Under the pieces are notes generated by a model. It made no database searches. It saw only the letters and a program-made list of their open reading frames with translations, and was not told the origin of the DNA. This document shows positions 52,112 through 62,437 of a stretch of 64,000 bases of DNA, one piece after another. Position numbers and translations under genes: made by a program. Each line of letters starts with the position of its first letter. The stretch's first letter is position 1. Source of the stretch: Spirochaetia bacterium (GTDB taxonomy: Bacteria; Spirochaetota; Spirochaetia; UBA9216); NCBI GenBank assembly GCA_963675665.1, contig OY776510.1:4384001-4448000 (forward strand), in the 5' to 3' direction.

Positions 52112-53102
52112 ATATAATATTTTTGAATTCTTCCTGTAGGTTTAGAACCTATTGGTTTTATCTTTCCCACAATATCATAATCTGTTACTAATTTTTCCAA
52201 ATATCCACCAATATCTTTCTCCAATATTGATTCTATTTCACTACGGGAAGTTCTTCCATCTGACATTAATTCCAATATCGAGAAATATGTCCCATATTCT
52301 TTTCCAAATTCCTCAATCAGAATTGTTCTTCCTTCTTCTATAAAAGGAGAATCAATTTCAAAATAAAAATCTAATATTTCTTCTTTAGAATATTTTCCAT
52401 TATCCAATAATATCTCTTGATATCTCGGAACTCCCCCTGTCAATAGATAATTTATAAATAAATTATCTAAACTATACTTCTTATTATCTAATAATATTTC
52501 CTTTATCACCTTAGGGGGAAAAGCCTTCAAGTATATAATTCTATCAGCTCTTCCAAATAGTGGCTCTTTGCTATTTTTGAATATTTTATGCATTAATGAA
52601 TAAATTGATCCAATAAATATTAGATGTACTTCTGAATTCCCTTTATATTCATCCCATAAACTTTGTATTTCTGAATATACGGAATCATTTATTTGAAAAA
52701 ACTCCTGAAACTCATCTATTATTACTACAATCTTTTCTTTTTTTCCTATTTCCATTATTAATTTGAATACATCTCGGAATTTTCTTATTTCCCCTATTAC
52801 TGGTATATTAAATTCTTCTTTGATTCTTTCAATAAATTCTTCACAAAGAAGTACTTCATCCTTCTTGGAAACGAATAGATACAGCGTTTTTTTTTCTTTT
52901 GCATATAATTTTGACAGTGATGTTTTCCCTATTCGCCTTCTACCTGTTATCACTGTCATGATTGATTTTTCTTTTGCCTGGTTATATTGCTTCTCGAGTA
53001 GCTCTAACTCGCGTTCTCGTGCATAAAATTTCACAAAACCCTCTTTTTGCGTAATATATTTTACTGTAACATACATTACTATGACGCGCAAGTCTTAATT
53101 AT

Positions 53103-53244
53103 TCATAACGACGAAATAAGTTGCGCCCTCGATCCTGAGCGAAGCGAAGGAATTGGCACTGTTTCTGAGTGAGGGCCATTGCCCGAACGTCTTCAGCAGA
53201 AACTGTGACAATAGACGGCGACAACTTCATTTCATTTGTTATAT
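53103..53244 (-). repeat. attC site 13 (divergent variant)
   Basis: TAACGACGAAATAAGTTGCGCC...GGCGACAACTTCATTTCATTTGTTA; arms changed with complementarity preserved. Confidence 0.8.
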
Positions 53245-53333
53245 TGCTTATTTTCTATATATATTTATTACTCTAATTTTCTCAATATTTCTTTTTCTAT
53301 TCCCTATATTTTTTCTATCTCGATATTATAGTA

Positions 53334-54680
53334 CTATATTACTTCTTCCAATTTTCTATCTATATCTACAATTGAAAGTCCTTCATATTTACATTCATAT
53401 CCCTTATATTTCAGTAGCAAATTTTCTGTCTTTTCTTTCAATCTCTTAATATTTATCTTTTCTTTATTCATCTTCACTTCTGCAAAATATATTCTTTTAT
53501 CTATGTCATTTATTGCGACAATATCTATCTCATTCAAATTCCCTTTTTCCCAATATCTTCCAATAATTCCATATTCCGGATTATATCCAATTATTTCAAT
53601 AAACAATTTTTCTAATTTTGGTCCTGCAAATGTCGATAAATCCCGCTCTATCAATCTTTTTACATAATCAAATCTATCGGCGGATATCATTGTCATATTT
53701 TTATTTATAAATCTAAACCAGAATTCTATAAAATTATCTTTTATTATATATTTCTGATTTCTTGAATCCTTTTTTGCTCCTATAGGTCTTACTTTCTCTA
53801 ATATATCATATTCATTTTCTAACCTTTCTAAAAAACCGCCTACACTTTTCCCTATAACTGATTCTACTTCACTTCTTGAAGTTCGTCCTACTGATATTAA
53901 TTCCAAAATTGAAAAGTATTTTCCATATTCTTTCCCAAATTCCTGGATTAATAAATTCCGACCTTCTTCCAGGAAAAAGGAATCTTTCTGTAGAATATAG
54001 TCTATTATCTCTTCTTTATTATACTTTCTTGCTTCATTTAGTATTTCTATATATCTTGGAACTCCTCCTGTGATAAGATAGTTTATAAATAAATTTTCTT
54101 CATTATAATATTCATTTTCTATTAATACATCTTTTATTGTTGATACTTTAAATTGTTTTAAATATAAAATCCTATCAGCTCTACCATATAATGGTTCTTT
54201 TTCATTCTGAAATATTTCTTTCATTAAAGAATATATTGACCCTATAAATATTACATGAGTTTTTGTTTTAAATTTATATTTATCCCATATCCTTTGTATT
54301 TCAGAGTAAGTACTTTTATTTATATTTATAAATTCTTGAAATTCATCAATAATTAATACATATGGATGGTTTTCTCCATAGACCATTAGTAGTTCAAATA
54401 ATTCATGAAAATAATCTATTTTTCCTATAAACTTTTTCTGCGTTAATTCTTCATATTGAACTATAAACTCTTCGCAAAGAAGCCTTTCTTCTTTTTTATT
54501 TATGAAAAGATAAATATTCTCTTTATTTTCAGCATATTTTTGTGACAATACTGTTTTGCCAATACGACGGCGGCCTGTTATTACAGTTATTTTCCCATAA
54601 GATTTGCCACATTGAGCATAAATTTCTTCAAGTATATTTAATTCATCTGTTCTACCGTAAAATTTCAATGCAATCCTCAT
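53334..54680 (-). CDS. ATPase with DUF234 / PD-(D/E)XK C-terminus
   Basis: GRRRIGKT, IIDEFQ, TGGVPRY, EIDIVA...EVK; paralog of 37349-38671; true start possibly TTG 54668. Confidence 0.85.
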   Translation of the reverse strand: MRIALKFYGRTDELNILEEIYAQCGKSYGKITVITGRRRIGKTVLSQKYAENKENIYLFINKKEERLLCEEFIVQYEELTQKKFIGKIDYFHELFELLMVYGENHPYVLIIDEFQEFININKSTYSEIQRIWDKYKFKTKTHVIFIGSIYSLMKEIFQNEKEPLYGRADRILYLKQFKVSTIKDVLIENEYYNEENLFINYLITGGVPRYIEILNEARKYNKEEIIDYILQKDSFFLEEGRNLLIQEFGKEYGKYFSILELISVGRTSRSEVESVIGKSVGGFLERLENEYDILEKVRPIGAKKDSRNQKYIIKDNFIEFWFRFINKNMTMISADRFDYVKRLIERDLSTFAGPKLEKLFIEIIGYNPEYGIIGRYWEKGNLNEIDIVAINDIDKRIYFAEVKMNKEKINIKRLKEKTENLLLKYKGYECKYEGLSIVDIDRKLEEVI

Positions 54681-54731
54681 TACTGTAATATGTATTGCAT
54701 TATATCATTTTATCCCAAATTCCGCAAGTCA

Positions 54732-54867
54732 ATATAACGACGATTTGAGTAGCAAAATTGGTCCGCGTCTTCGCGGAACTGGCGCGATTCTGGAGTGAGC
54801 GATCAGCGAACGTCTTTAGCCAGAATCGTGACAATAAATTTTGACTACTCCAAATCTCTTGTTAAAT
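54732..54867 (-). repeat. attC site 14
   Basis: Same family as the other attC sites. Confidence 0.87.
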
Positions 54868-55047
54868 GCTGATAATATATACTCATTTAGAAAATAAAAA
54901 TGAGCATAGTGGCTAACCCCGTAAGGGCGAAGCTTATCTTCCCTTGTTATATACAGTTTCTACAGTTTCTAATGGTTGTCTAAAAAATACATTTATCAAA
55001 TACAAGGATGTATTTGATATCAGAATAATTTAGATTAAATCGCTTTA

Positions 55048-56115
55048 TTAATATTGATCTTTTATAGAAAGTTCATTGGCCAAGTCACTACACCCATCCA
55101 ACATTGAATCGACAGTTAAATAAATACCACGAGCAGATAAAAATGTCTCGTTAGATTCAATATCTATCAACTGAGCATTAATTACAAAACGAGAACCAAC
55201 ATTACCTAAACTTCCAACTACCATATAATCAGCAGAAAGAGCCTTCCCCATCTCTAATTGGCATGAAACATCAGTACAACCTGTCATTGAATACTTTATC
55301 TCACTTAAAGTAGCTTCACGCTGTGATCTATCTATAATTCTATAGTAACCTGTATCAAATAATGCGCCACTTAGATAATCTACAAGAAAATTTGCTTCAT
55401 TTTCTGAAATGCCTTCATATTCAAAATCAAATACTGTTAGAATTGGAAGATCATCTCTATTAATAACAATATTTTCACTTTTTGCGGCTTCAGCCTTGTC
55501 TCGCAACTGTTTTTGATATATTTCTCTTGAAATACTAACTTCTTTTTCAATTTCAGTAAAAGAAAGTGAATATTCTAAGGCAGATAATGAAGCCGCTATG
55601 CATTTGAACATTTCTTCACCAACATTAGAGCTAATGTTAAAAACAGAAAACTCATCAGATATGCAGGAACCCTCCAACTTGACATCAAACAGTTCATCGC
55701 CAGTGTATGCATCATTTATTGAAAAATCATACCTAATTTGAGATTCTATAGTTATATTAAAACCTGCTGGCCATTTAACGTAAGCATTCCTTACATTTAC
55801 TATAATATCAATATCAGGTTCATTACTTTCAATCAAGCCAATACCATTTAGAATTGTATTAAAATTTTTACGCGTAATTTCTGAAATTGTTTGATCTGAT
55901 TTATAAGATTCATTTTCATTTACAAAAATGAAATTACTTCCAATATTACTTTGATCTTTGACTGTCAAGCGATAAGTTAAATCATCAACATAATCCCAGT
56001 GCGTATTATGATATCGAGTTGGTGTGTCAATATGTATTGTAGTACATCCAGAAAGTATAATCATAATGATAAAGAATAATAATTTTTTCATTAAAAGGAC
56101 TTTTAATTTTTTCAT
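55048..56115 (-). CDS. Lipoprotein with C-terminal CsgG/TolB-N-like domain
   Basis: Lipobox ILSGC; C-terminal IIDRSQRE..L.E, GCTD.SC..EMGK.L.ADY.V.GS. Confidence 0.7.
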   Translation of the reverse strand: MKKLKVLLMKKLLFFIIMIILSGCTTIHIDTPTRYHNTHWDYVDDLTYRLTVKDQSNIGSNFIFVNENESYKSDQTISEITRKNFNTILNGIGLIESNEPDIDIIVNVRNAYVKWPAGFNITIESQIRYDFSINDAYTGDELFDVKLEGSCISDEFSVFNISSNVGEEMFKCIAASLSALEYSLSFTEIEKEVSISREIYQKQLRDKAEAAKSENIVINRDDLPILTVFDFEYEGISENEANFLVDYLSGALFDTGYYRIIDRSQREATLSEIKYSMTGCTDVSCQLEMGKALSADYMVVGSLGNVGSRFVINAQLIDIESNETFLSARGIYLTVDSMLDGCSDLANELSIKDQY

Positions 56116-56401
56116 AATATGAAGAAAGTATACTTTATGTTTATAAATTTATCAATTTATAAATTTACACTATAGCAAGCAATAGATTTTAATACTCTAT
56201 CTAAAAGCAAATTATTAAAAGATGATATCCTAAAATATACTTAAATCTATTAATAAGCCCGCCATGGACGGCGGGCTCTTCCTTAAACAATCCCAACCAT
56301 GACAAAAATTGCGTCTAACGTTGCGGGAATATAAAACGTTTTTATTTTTCTAATTGATTCTACCACACCCATCATTTTCCCGAAACTGAAAAATCCCGTG
56401 C

Positions 56402-56543
56402 ATTTAACGACAATTTTAGCTGCCTGGCGGCGCGAGTCTTTCGAGCACATTGGCGTGATTCTGGAGTGGAGCGCGATCAGCGCGAAACGTCTTTAGCCAG
56501 AATCATGACAATAGCCAGGACTGCTACAAATTTCATGTTTTGT
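56402..56543 (-). repeat. attC site 15 (belongs to ORF-less cassette B)
   Basis: Near-identical to attC 7. Confidence 0.85.
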
Positions 56544-57027
56544 GTAACGGCCCCATACTCACTACTTTCATCTACATTCATAATTATCCTTTTTCTTACT
56601 TTGCCCCTTCTTTACCCAGCGTTCTCGCTGGGTTCATCCCAATTAATCATACAATGATTTCCTCTTTGTAGGTATTTTTATTTTTAAACAATAACTACTG
56701 TTCTGTTTCTTAACATTTTACTTCTTCATTTCCGTAATATTCATTTTAAACATTTGGCCGCTAAAATTTTACGCAGGTTAGCTGTGATTTTTTTGAGAAG
56801 CTTAAAATAGGACATAGATACGAATACGTTTCACGTCGGAGGTTATGGGAAACTATCGAAAACAGGATGATTAACTCCATAAACTTCTTTATTCAACCTG
56901 CAAATTATTGTTCTATCAAAGAACTGAATCAAATATTTTCTTTTTAATATGTTTTTCACTTATGTGTCATTCTAAACGGGAACCATATAAAATCTTTATT
57001 TTAGCCCAATTCTCGTTTACACAAAAC
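56537..57027. repeat. ORF-less cassette copy B
   Basis: Near-identical to copies A and C. Confidence 0.9.
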
Positions 57028-57161
57028 GACGTTTTGAGCTGCCTGGCGGCGCGTGTCTTCACGCGCATTGGCGTGATTCTGGAGTGTAGCGCGATCAGCG
57101 CGAAACGTCTTCAGCCAGAATCATGACAATAGCCAGGACTGCTCCAAAACTTTTGTTATAT
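57021..57161 (-). repeat. attC site 16
   Basis: Same family as the other attC sites. Confidence 0.87.
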
Positions 57162-58322
57162 TGAGTTTTTCACTATTCCATCATATATATTGTTCCATGA
57201 TACTACATTCATGCCATTTCTTTTTAAATTTTCATTTCCTCCATATATTAAATACATATTTTCTTTATCTATCTTTGATAATTCACTCCAATATTTTAAA
57301 CCATCAAAATGTTTTTCATTCACTGTTTCACTGGATTTTATTTCTATTCCATATTTTTTAATTCCAAAATCAATTATTAGATCGATTTCTTTTTTATGAT
57401 TGTCTCTCCAATAATATAATTCATATTTCTCTCCAACATTATAATTTGCTTTAATCACTTCATTTATTATAAATGTTTCGAATATATTACCTTTTAAGAA
57501 ATGATAATCCAGTTCTTCTTTTTTTCTTATTCCTAATAGACTGCAAACTAAACCTGTATCGGTAAAATATATTTTAGGTGATTTAACCAATCTTTTATTA
57601 TAATTATTATAAAATGGTTTTAATCTATAAATTATAAAACTTGTCTCTAATATTGAAATCCATTCAATTATCGTTGCATGAGATACTCCACAATCTTCAC
57701 CAATTGTCTTTAAATTTAATTCTTGACCAGTTCTCCCCGCAAGAATCTTCATAAATTTTATAAATACCTCTAATTTCATTACTTTTTTTAATTGTCTTAA
57801 ATCTTTCTCAATATACGTGGATATATAATTCTTATAAAATACGTCTGCTCTAATATTCTGATCATAAATTCTTGGGTAAAATCCTTTAAAGATTAGTTCA
57901 TTTTTATCAATTTTTAGCTTATCAATTTCTTTTATCGAAAATGGAAGCAATTTAGAAATACCTACTCTTCCAGCCAATGATTGACTAATCTGTTCCATCA
58001 ATAAAAAGTTGTGAGATCCTGTTATTACAATTCGTCCATTTTTCTTTAGTTTATCCACATGAGTTTGCAGATAGCTTATTAATTTCGGATTTCTCTGTAT
58101 TTCATCAAAGATTACATTCTCACTATACCTATTTAAAAATCCTCGAGGATCTGATTCCGCAAACTCATAAACATCGTAATCTTCAAATGAAATATATTCA
58201 TAATTAGAGAAAATCTTCTGCGAAAGCGTAGTTTTCCCAGATTGTCGTGGTCCTAATATAGCTATTATTGGGAATTCATTTTTTAGAATGTTAATTTCTT
58301 TTTCGATTTGTCTATCTATCAT
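57156..58322 (-). CDS. AAA_14 ATPase with DUF4143 (PD-(D/E)XK-like) C-terminus
   Basis: GPRQSGKTT, FDEIQ, ITGS, SLAGR, KRLVKSPKIYFTDTGL, EIDL...IEIK. Confidence 0.87.
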   Translation of the reverse strand: MIDRQIEKEINILKNEFPIIAILGPRQSGKTTLSQKIFSNYEYISFEDYDVYEFAESDPRGFLNRYSENVIFDEIQRNPKLISYLQTHVDKLKKNGRIVITGSHNFLLMEQISQSLAGRVGISKLLPFSIKEIDKLKIDKNELIFKGFYPRIYDQNIRADVFYKNYISTYIEKDLRQLKKVMKLEVFIKFMKILAGRTGQELNLKTIGEDCGVSHATIIEWISILETSFIIYRLKPFYNNYNKRLVKSPKIYFTDTGLVCSLLGIRKKEELDYHFLKGNIFETFIINEVIKANYNVGEKYELYYWRDNHKKEIDLIIDFGIKKYGIEIKSSETVNEKHFDGLKYWSELSKIDKENMYLIYGGNENLKRNGMNVVSWNNIYDGIVKNSI

Positions 58323-58375
58323 CGTACAATTTTATCACATATGTACATTTTGTCAATCTTTTCTACACTCTACAC

Positions 58376-59681
58376 TGTTCAGACCGAGCATTGTACACAC
58401 ATTTCTAATAGTTCCATCTACAGTCTCGGTACGTAACTGTATTCCTGAATATCATACACCTGAAGTGCTGTTTCGTCCAAATATCCTAACCAATAATTCC
58501 GATAATACAGACGGTAAATACCTTCTCCTATCTCCTCCAATCCTACATCTTTACCCTTTAAAGCGGTTGTTACAAAAATCTGATCTGTTCTTCCTACTCT
58601 TATTATTCCGTTATTGCAGACATGCTTTATCTTATAATCTACTGGATATTCCCATTTCTCTATTTCTTCTTCATAGACTCTTTTAGACTTCTCATGAACA
58701 CTATTCGGCGTCTTCATACCTAAGGCCTCGTGTGGTCTTTCGTTATTATAAAACTTTTTAAACTTGTTGAATCGAACCTGCTGTGCTTGAAGATTCTTAC
58801 TTGGTCTTTGACATGTTGCAGCTTTCAATTCTCTATGCATTCTTTCATGTCTACCATTCTGTTCCGGGTGGCCAGGATCTGAATAGACTGGTTTCACTCC
58901 TAAGTCCATCAACCATACCCCGAAAGCTGTTAGTCGTCCTAAAGCTCTTACGTTTGCAAAAGGCACTCCGTTGTCGGTATGCAGCTGTAAAGGTAGTCCA
59001 TAGACTTCAAATATACCTTTGAAAATTGCCTTAACAGTTTCATAATCTGTTTTATGCAAACCTTTTATCTCGATTATTATTCGCGATTTACTATCACACA
59101 CGGTTAGAGGATAACAGTACTTTCCGTTACCCATCCTGAATTGACCTTTGAAATCAGCACTCCATACTTCGTTAGGTTCCTGCGGATCAAAAATTGGTTT
59201 TTCCGATTCTACTTTCTTTCTTTTTTTCCGTTCAGGAATTAATCCATTTCGCTTCAATATCAAGCTGACTGTTGAGCGTGCTGGTAGCTTTTCGTAAACC
59301 CCTTCTTTTTCTAATTTCCAGAGTATCTTACTTGCTCCCCAGTTTTTAGTTTCTTTAGTTGTTCGTATTTTTATTATTGCGTCTTCGATTGCTTTTGGTG
59401 TCTTACTGGGAATGTGGTGTGGAATTGTCGGCTGATTCTTTAAACCTTCCATTCCCCATTTTTCATACTTTTCTACATAACGGTATCCGGTAGTTCTTGT
59501 AATATTGAACTCTCGACACAGATGACTGAAACTATACTGACCGGATTTCCAAAGTAGAATAAATTCCTTCTTCTGATCCATTGCCGTAGTCTCCATCACT
59601 GGCATAATATCCTCCAATCCAGGATTTCTATATGCCTTTCATTGTACACCCACTTATTAGAAAAATGCTGATAATCTTACA
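58376..59681 (-). mobile_element. IS481-family element (second type; ends approximate)
   Basis: Transposase gene flanked by TGT/ACA candidates and repeated TTGTACAC / TTTCTAATA motifs; no clear target duplication. Confidence 0.6.
58418..59617 (-). CDS. IS481-family transposase
   Basis: LCREFNITRTTGY, WGASKI, WSADFKG, HTDNG.PF, PEQNGRHERMHR, YNNERPHEALGMKTP. Confidence 0.9.
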   Translation of the reverse strand: MEDIMPVMETTAMDQKKEFILLWKSGQYSFSHLCREFNITRTTGYRYVEKYEKWGMEGLKNQPTIPHHIPSKTPKAIEDAIIKIRTTKETKNWGASKILWKLEKEGVYEKLPARSTVSLILKRNGLIPERKKRKKVESEKPIFDPQEPNEVWSADFKGQFRMGNGKYCYPLTVCDSKSRIIIEIKGLHKTDYETVKAIFKGIFEVYGLPLQLHTDNGVPFANVRALGRLTAFGVWLMDLGVKPVYSDPGHPEQNGRHERMHRELKAATCQRPSKNLQAQQVRFNKFKKFYNNERPHEALGMKTPNSVHEKSKRVYEEEIEKWEYPVDYKIKHVCNNGIIRVGRTDQIFVTTALKGKDVGLEEIGEGIYRLYYRNYWLGYLDETALQVYDIQEYSYVPRL

Positions 59682-59699
59682 AGCCTGTACCTGATATCT

Positions 59700-59835
59700 A
59701 CATAACGACGATTTGAGTAGCAAAATTGTTCGGCGTCTTCGCCGAATTGGCGCGATTCTGGAGTGAGCGATCAGCGAACGTCTTTAGCCAGAATCGTGAC
59801 AATAAATTTTGACTACTCCAAATCTCTTGTTATAC
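59700..59835 (-). repeat. attC site 17
   Basis: Same family as the other attC sites. Confidence 0.87.
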
Positions 59836-61026
59836 AGGTTTTTCTATTTCTTGATATTTCTCTAATTCATCTAATTTAAACACTGAATCTATTACAATTT
59901 TTTCTTCTGCCTTCGTTTTCTCAAATAATGCCTTTTGTTTATCATTCATATATGAATTATATTTGGACTCTATTAAAAGATCCAAATTCTTTATATAAAA
60001 ATCTATTTCTATCCCATCTTCATATAAATAATAAATATCGTGTTGTTTCATTTTGAGAAACAAATAATTTTCAAAATAGCTCCCAAAATCCCTTGCTCCT
60101 GTAAAACAATGTTTTATTCCTAAGTCATTACAATATATTTTTTTAGGAGATAATATCTTTTCATTTGTTTTTCCATATCTTGATAATAATTGTATTAAGA
60201 ACGTATCATTAAAATAGTATAAATACTTTCGAGCAGAATTTACCGATATTTTCAAAATATTAGCGATCTTATTAATGCTTAATTGTTTACCACTTCTTTC
60301 CATCAATAATAAAAAGTAATCCTTTATCATTTGGGGATCTTTAATTGAATGTTCCGATATAATATCTTTATGTAAGATATCATCAACCAAACTAAATAAA
60401 AATTCTCTTTCTTCATTCAATACATAGTACGGGATTCCTCCTACCTTAAGAAAATCATCAAAATATGGTTCAAGCAATTTATTATCTTTTCTTGATATTT
60501 TAATATCCTTAAAATATAGATATTCATCAAAATCCAAGGGTTTTACTTCATAGATATATGCCCTTCCAGTTAAAAAAGCTTTTCTATCTTTCAACTTTAT
60601 ACTTGAAGATGATGAAGCATATACTTTTGCATTCTGCCTATCATGGATATTTTTCAATTGTTGATGGAAATCTTCTTTATATATTACTTCATCTAAAAAC
60701 AGGTAGACTTTATCATCAACCGGAATCCGATGTAATTTCCTATATTCATCCAATACATCCAGGATTGAATTATCTTTAAATACATAATCGTCTAAACTGA
60801 CATATAAGACATGATTTGCTGAAATACTCATTTCTTCTATTAATTCCTTGATAATCAACTTCATCAAGGTTGTTTTCCCAATACGTCGTAATCCTGTTAG
60901 AAAAATAATATGCTCATTTTGCAGATTTCTACGAAGTAACTCGAGATATTTCTTTCTGGGTATAATCCTATCTAATGAAAACTCACCTTCCCACCATGGG
61001 TTATATTGGTATAATGCATCTATCAT
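59830..61026 (-). CDS. AAA_14 ATPase with DUF4143-like C-terminus
   Basis: NPWW, GLRRIGKTT, FLDEV, LTGR, GGIP, PKKIY..DLG, EIDF...IESK. Confidence 0.85.
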   Translation of the reverse strand: MIDALYQYNPWWEGEFSLDRIIPRKKYLELLRRNLQNEHIIFLTGLRRIGKTTLMKLIIKELIEEMSISANHVLYVSLDDYVFKDNSILDVLDEYRKLHRIPVDDKVYLFLDEVIYKEDFHQQLKNIHDRQNAKVYASSSSSIKLKDRKAFLTGRAYIYEVKPLDFDEYLYFKDIKISRKDNKLLEPYFDDFLKVGGIPYYVLNEEREFLFSLVDDILHKDIISEHSIKDPQMIKDYFLLLMERSGKQLSINKIANILKISVNSARKYLYYFNDTFLIQLLSRYGKTNEKILSPKKIYCNDLGIKHCFTGARDFGSYFENYLFLKMKQHDIYYLYEDGIEIDFYIKNLDLLIESKYNSYMNDKQKALFEKTKAEEKIVIDSVFKLDELEKYQEIEKPV

Positions 61027-61106
61027 ATTATTATTTTATCACTAAATGCATATCCTTGCAACTTTTTATACTTTCTAAAAGTATATTATAACCATTTCTT
61101 AACTCT

Positions 61107-61248
61107 GTATAACGACAATTTTAGCTGCCTGGCGGCGCGAGTCTTTCGAGCGCATTGGCGTGATTCTGGAGTGCAGCGCGATCAGCGCGAAACGTCTTTA
61201 GCCAGAATCATGACAATAGCCAGGACTGCTACAAATTTCATGTTTTGT
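61107..61248 (-). repeat. attC site 18 (belongs to ORF-less cassette C)
   Basis: Near-identical to attC 7 and 15. Confidence 0.85.
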
Positions 61249-61731
61249 GTAACGACCCCATATCAACTACTTTCTTTTATCTTAACAGTATCCTTTTTAT
61301 TACTTTGCTCCTTCTTTACCCAGCGTTCTTGCTGGGTTCATCCCAATTAATCATACAACGATTTCCTCTTTGCAGGTATTTTTATTTTTAAACAATAACT
61401 ACTGTTCTGTTTCTTAACATTTTACTTCTTCATTTCCGTAATATTCATTTTAAACATTTGGCCGCTAAAATTTTACGCAGGTTAGCTGTGATTTTTTTGA
61501 GAAGCTTAAAATAGGACATAGATACGAATACGTTTCACGTCGGAGGTTATGGGAAACTATCGAAAACAGGATGATTAACTCCATAAACTTCTTTATTCAA
61601 CCTGCAAATTATTGTTCTATCAAAGAACTGAATCAAATATTTTCTTTTTAATATGTTTTTCACTTATGTGTCATTCTAAACGGGAACCATATAAAATCTT
61701 TATTTTAGCCCAATTCTCGTTTACACAAAAC
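61242..61731. repeat. ORF-less cassette copy C
   Basis: Central part identical to copies A and B; left ~70 bp diverged. Confidence 0.9.
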
Positions 61732-61863
61732 GACGTTTTGAGTAGCAAAATCGGCCGAGTCTTCGAGGCTTGGCGCAGTTCTGGAACGCAGCGCGATCAG
61801 CGCGGAGTGTCTTTAGCCAGAACTGTGACAAAGATTTTGACTACTCCAAATCTCTTGTTATAT
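61725..61863 (-). repeat. attC site 19
   Basis: Same family as the other attC sites. Confidence 0.87.
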
Positions 61864-62169
61864 AGCCTTTTCTTCTTTTAATAATCTTATTGATTTCATA
61901 ATTTCTTGTTTTTCAAATAATTGATTCGTAATATATTTATGTAGAACCGTTGTAATAAGAGTCTGATATGGTAAACCTTCTTGTTCAGCTTTTTCCTTCA
62001 ATTTTTCAAGATCATAATTTGTTATTCTTAAACTTATCGCTTTATTCTTTTTAGCTTCAGAAATTATTCCTTCTATTCTCTTCCTTTTTTCTCCATCTAC
62101 GGATTTATATGTTACTATCTCATTTTCGATCATTGTTTCTTCATCATTCAATTTATATTCAGTTCTCAT
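61858..62169 (-). CDS. CopG-like antitoxin
   Basis: KNKAISLRI...DLEKLKEKA..EGLPYQTLI..VLHKY; paralog of 47203-47493. Confidence 0.82.
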   Translation of the reverse strand: MRTEYKLNDEETMIENEIVTYKSVDGEKRKRIEGIISEAKKNKAISLRITNYDLEKLKEKAEQEGLPYQTLITTVLHKYITNQLFEKQEIMKSIRLLKEEKAI

Positions 62170-62437
62170 TATTCTCTCCTTTATATTTCTTATTATATTT
62201 CCTACTTGGAAAAGCTGTTTTTAAGACAATGTTTTCAACATCATCAATAAGAAATGGTACTATCCAAATATATTCTTCAATATTAACTACAAAGTACAGT
62301 TGTCCTTCTCTAACGGGATTTTCTAGAATATCAAGATATTCTCCATCCATTATCATTTGGCTTATCTCTTCAAAAGAGATATTACGCTCTAACATTAGTT
62401 TCTCATTTTTTTCTTTATCCCAAATGATATTTCTCAT
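62159..62437 (-). CDS. BrnT-like toxin
   Basis: WDKEKNEKL..ERNISFEEI, VPFL, LKTAFPSRK; paralog of 47490-47777. Confidence 0.8.
   Translation of the reverse strand: MRNIIWDKEKNEKLMLERNISFEEISQMIMDGEYLDILENPVREGQLYFVVNIEEYIWIVPFLIDDVENIVLKTAFPSRKYNKKYKGENNEN

Larger units (their letters stand above)
50416..53034 (-). pseudogene. ATPase/DUF234 protein interrupted by IS4
   Basis: N-terminal part GRRRIGKT/IIDEFQ from GTG 53034; C-terminal part (DNFLKFWFR...EIDLV...EIK) at 50836-50416, ending at a TAA inside the attC. Confidence 0.83.
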
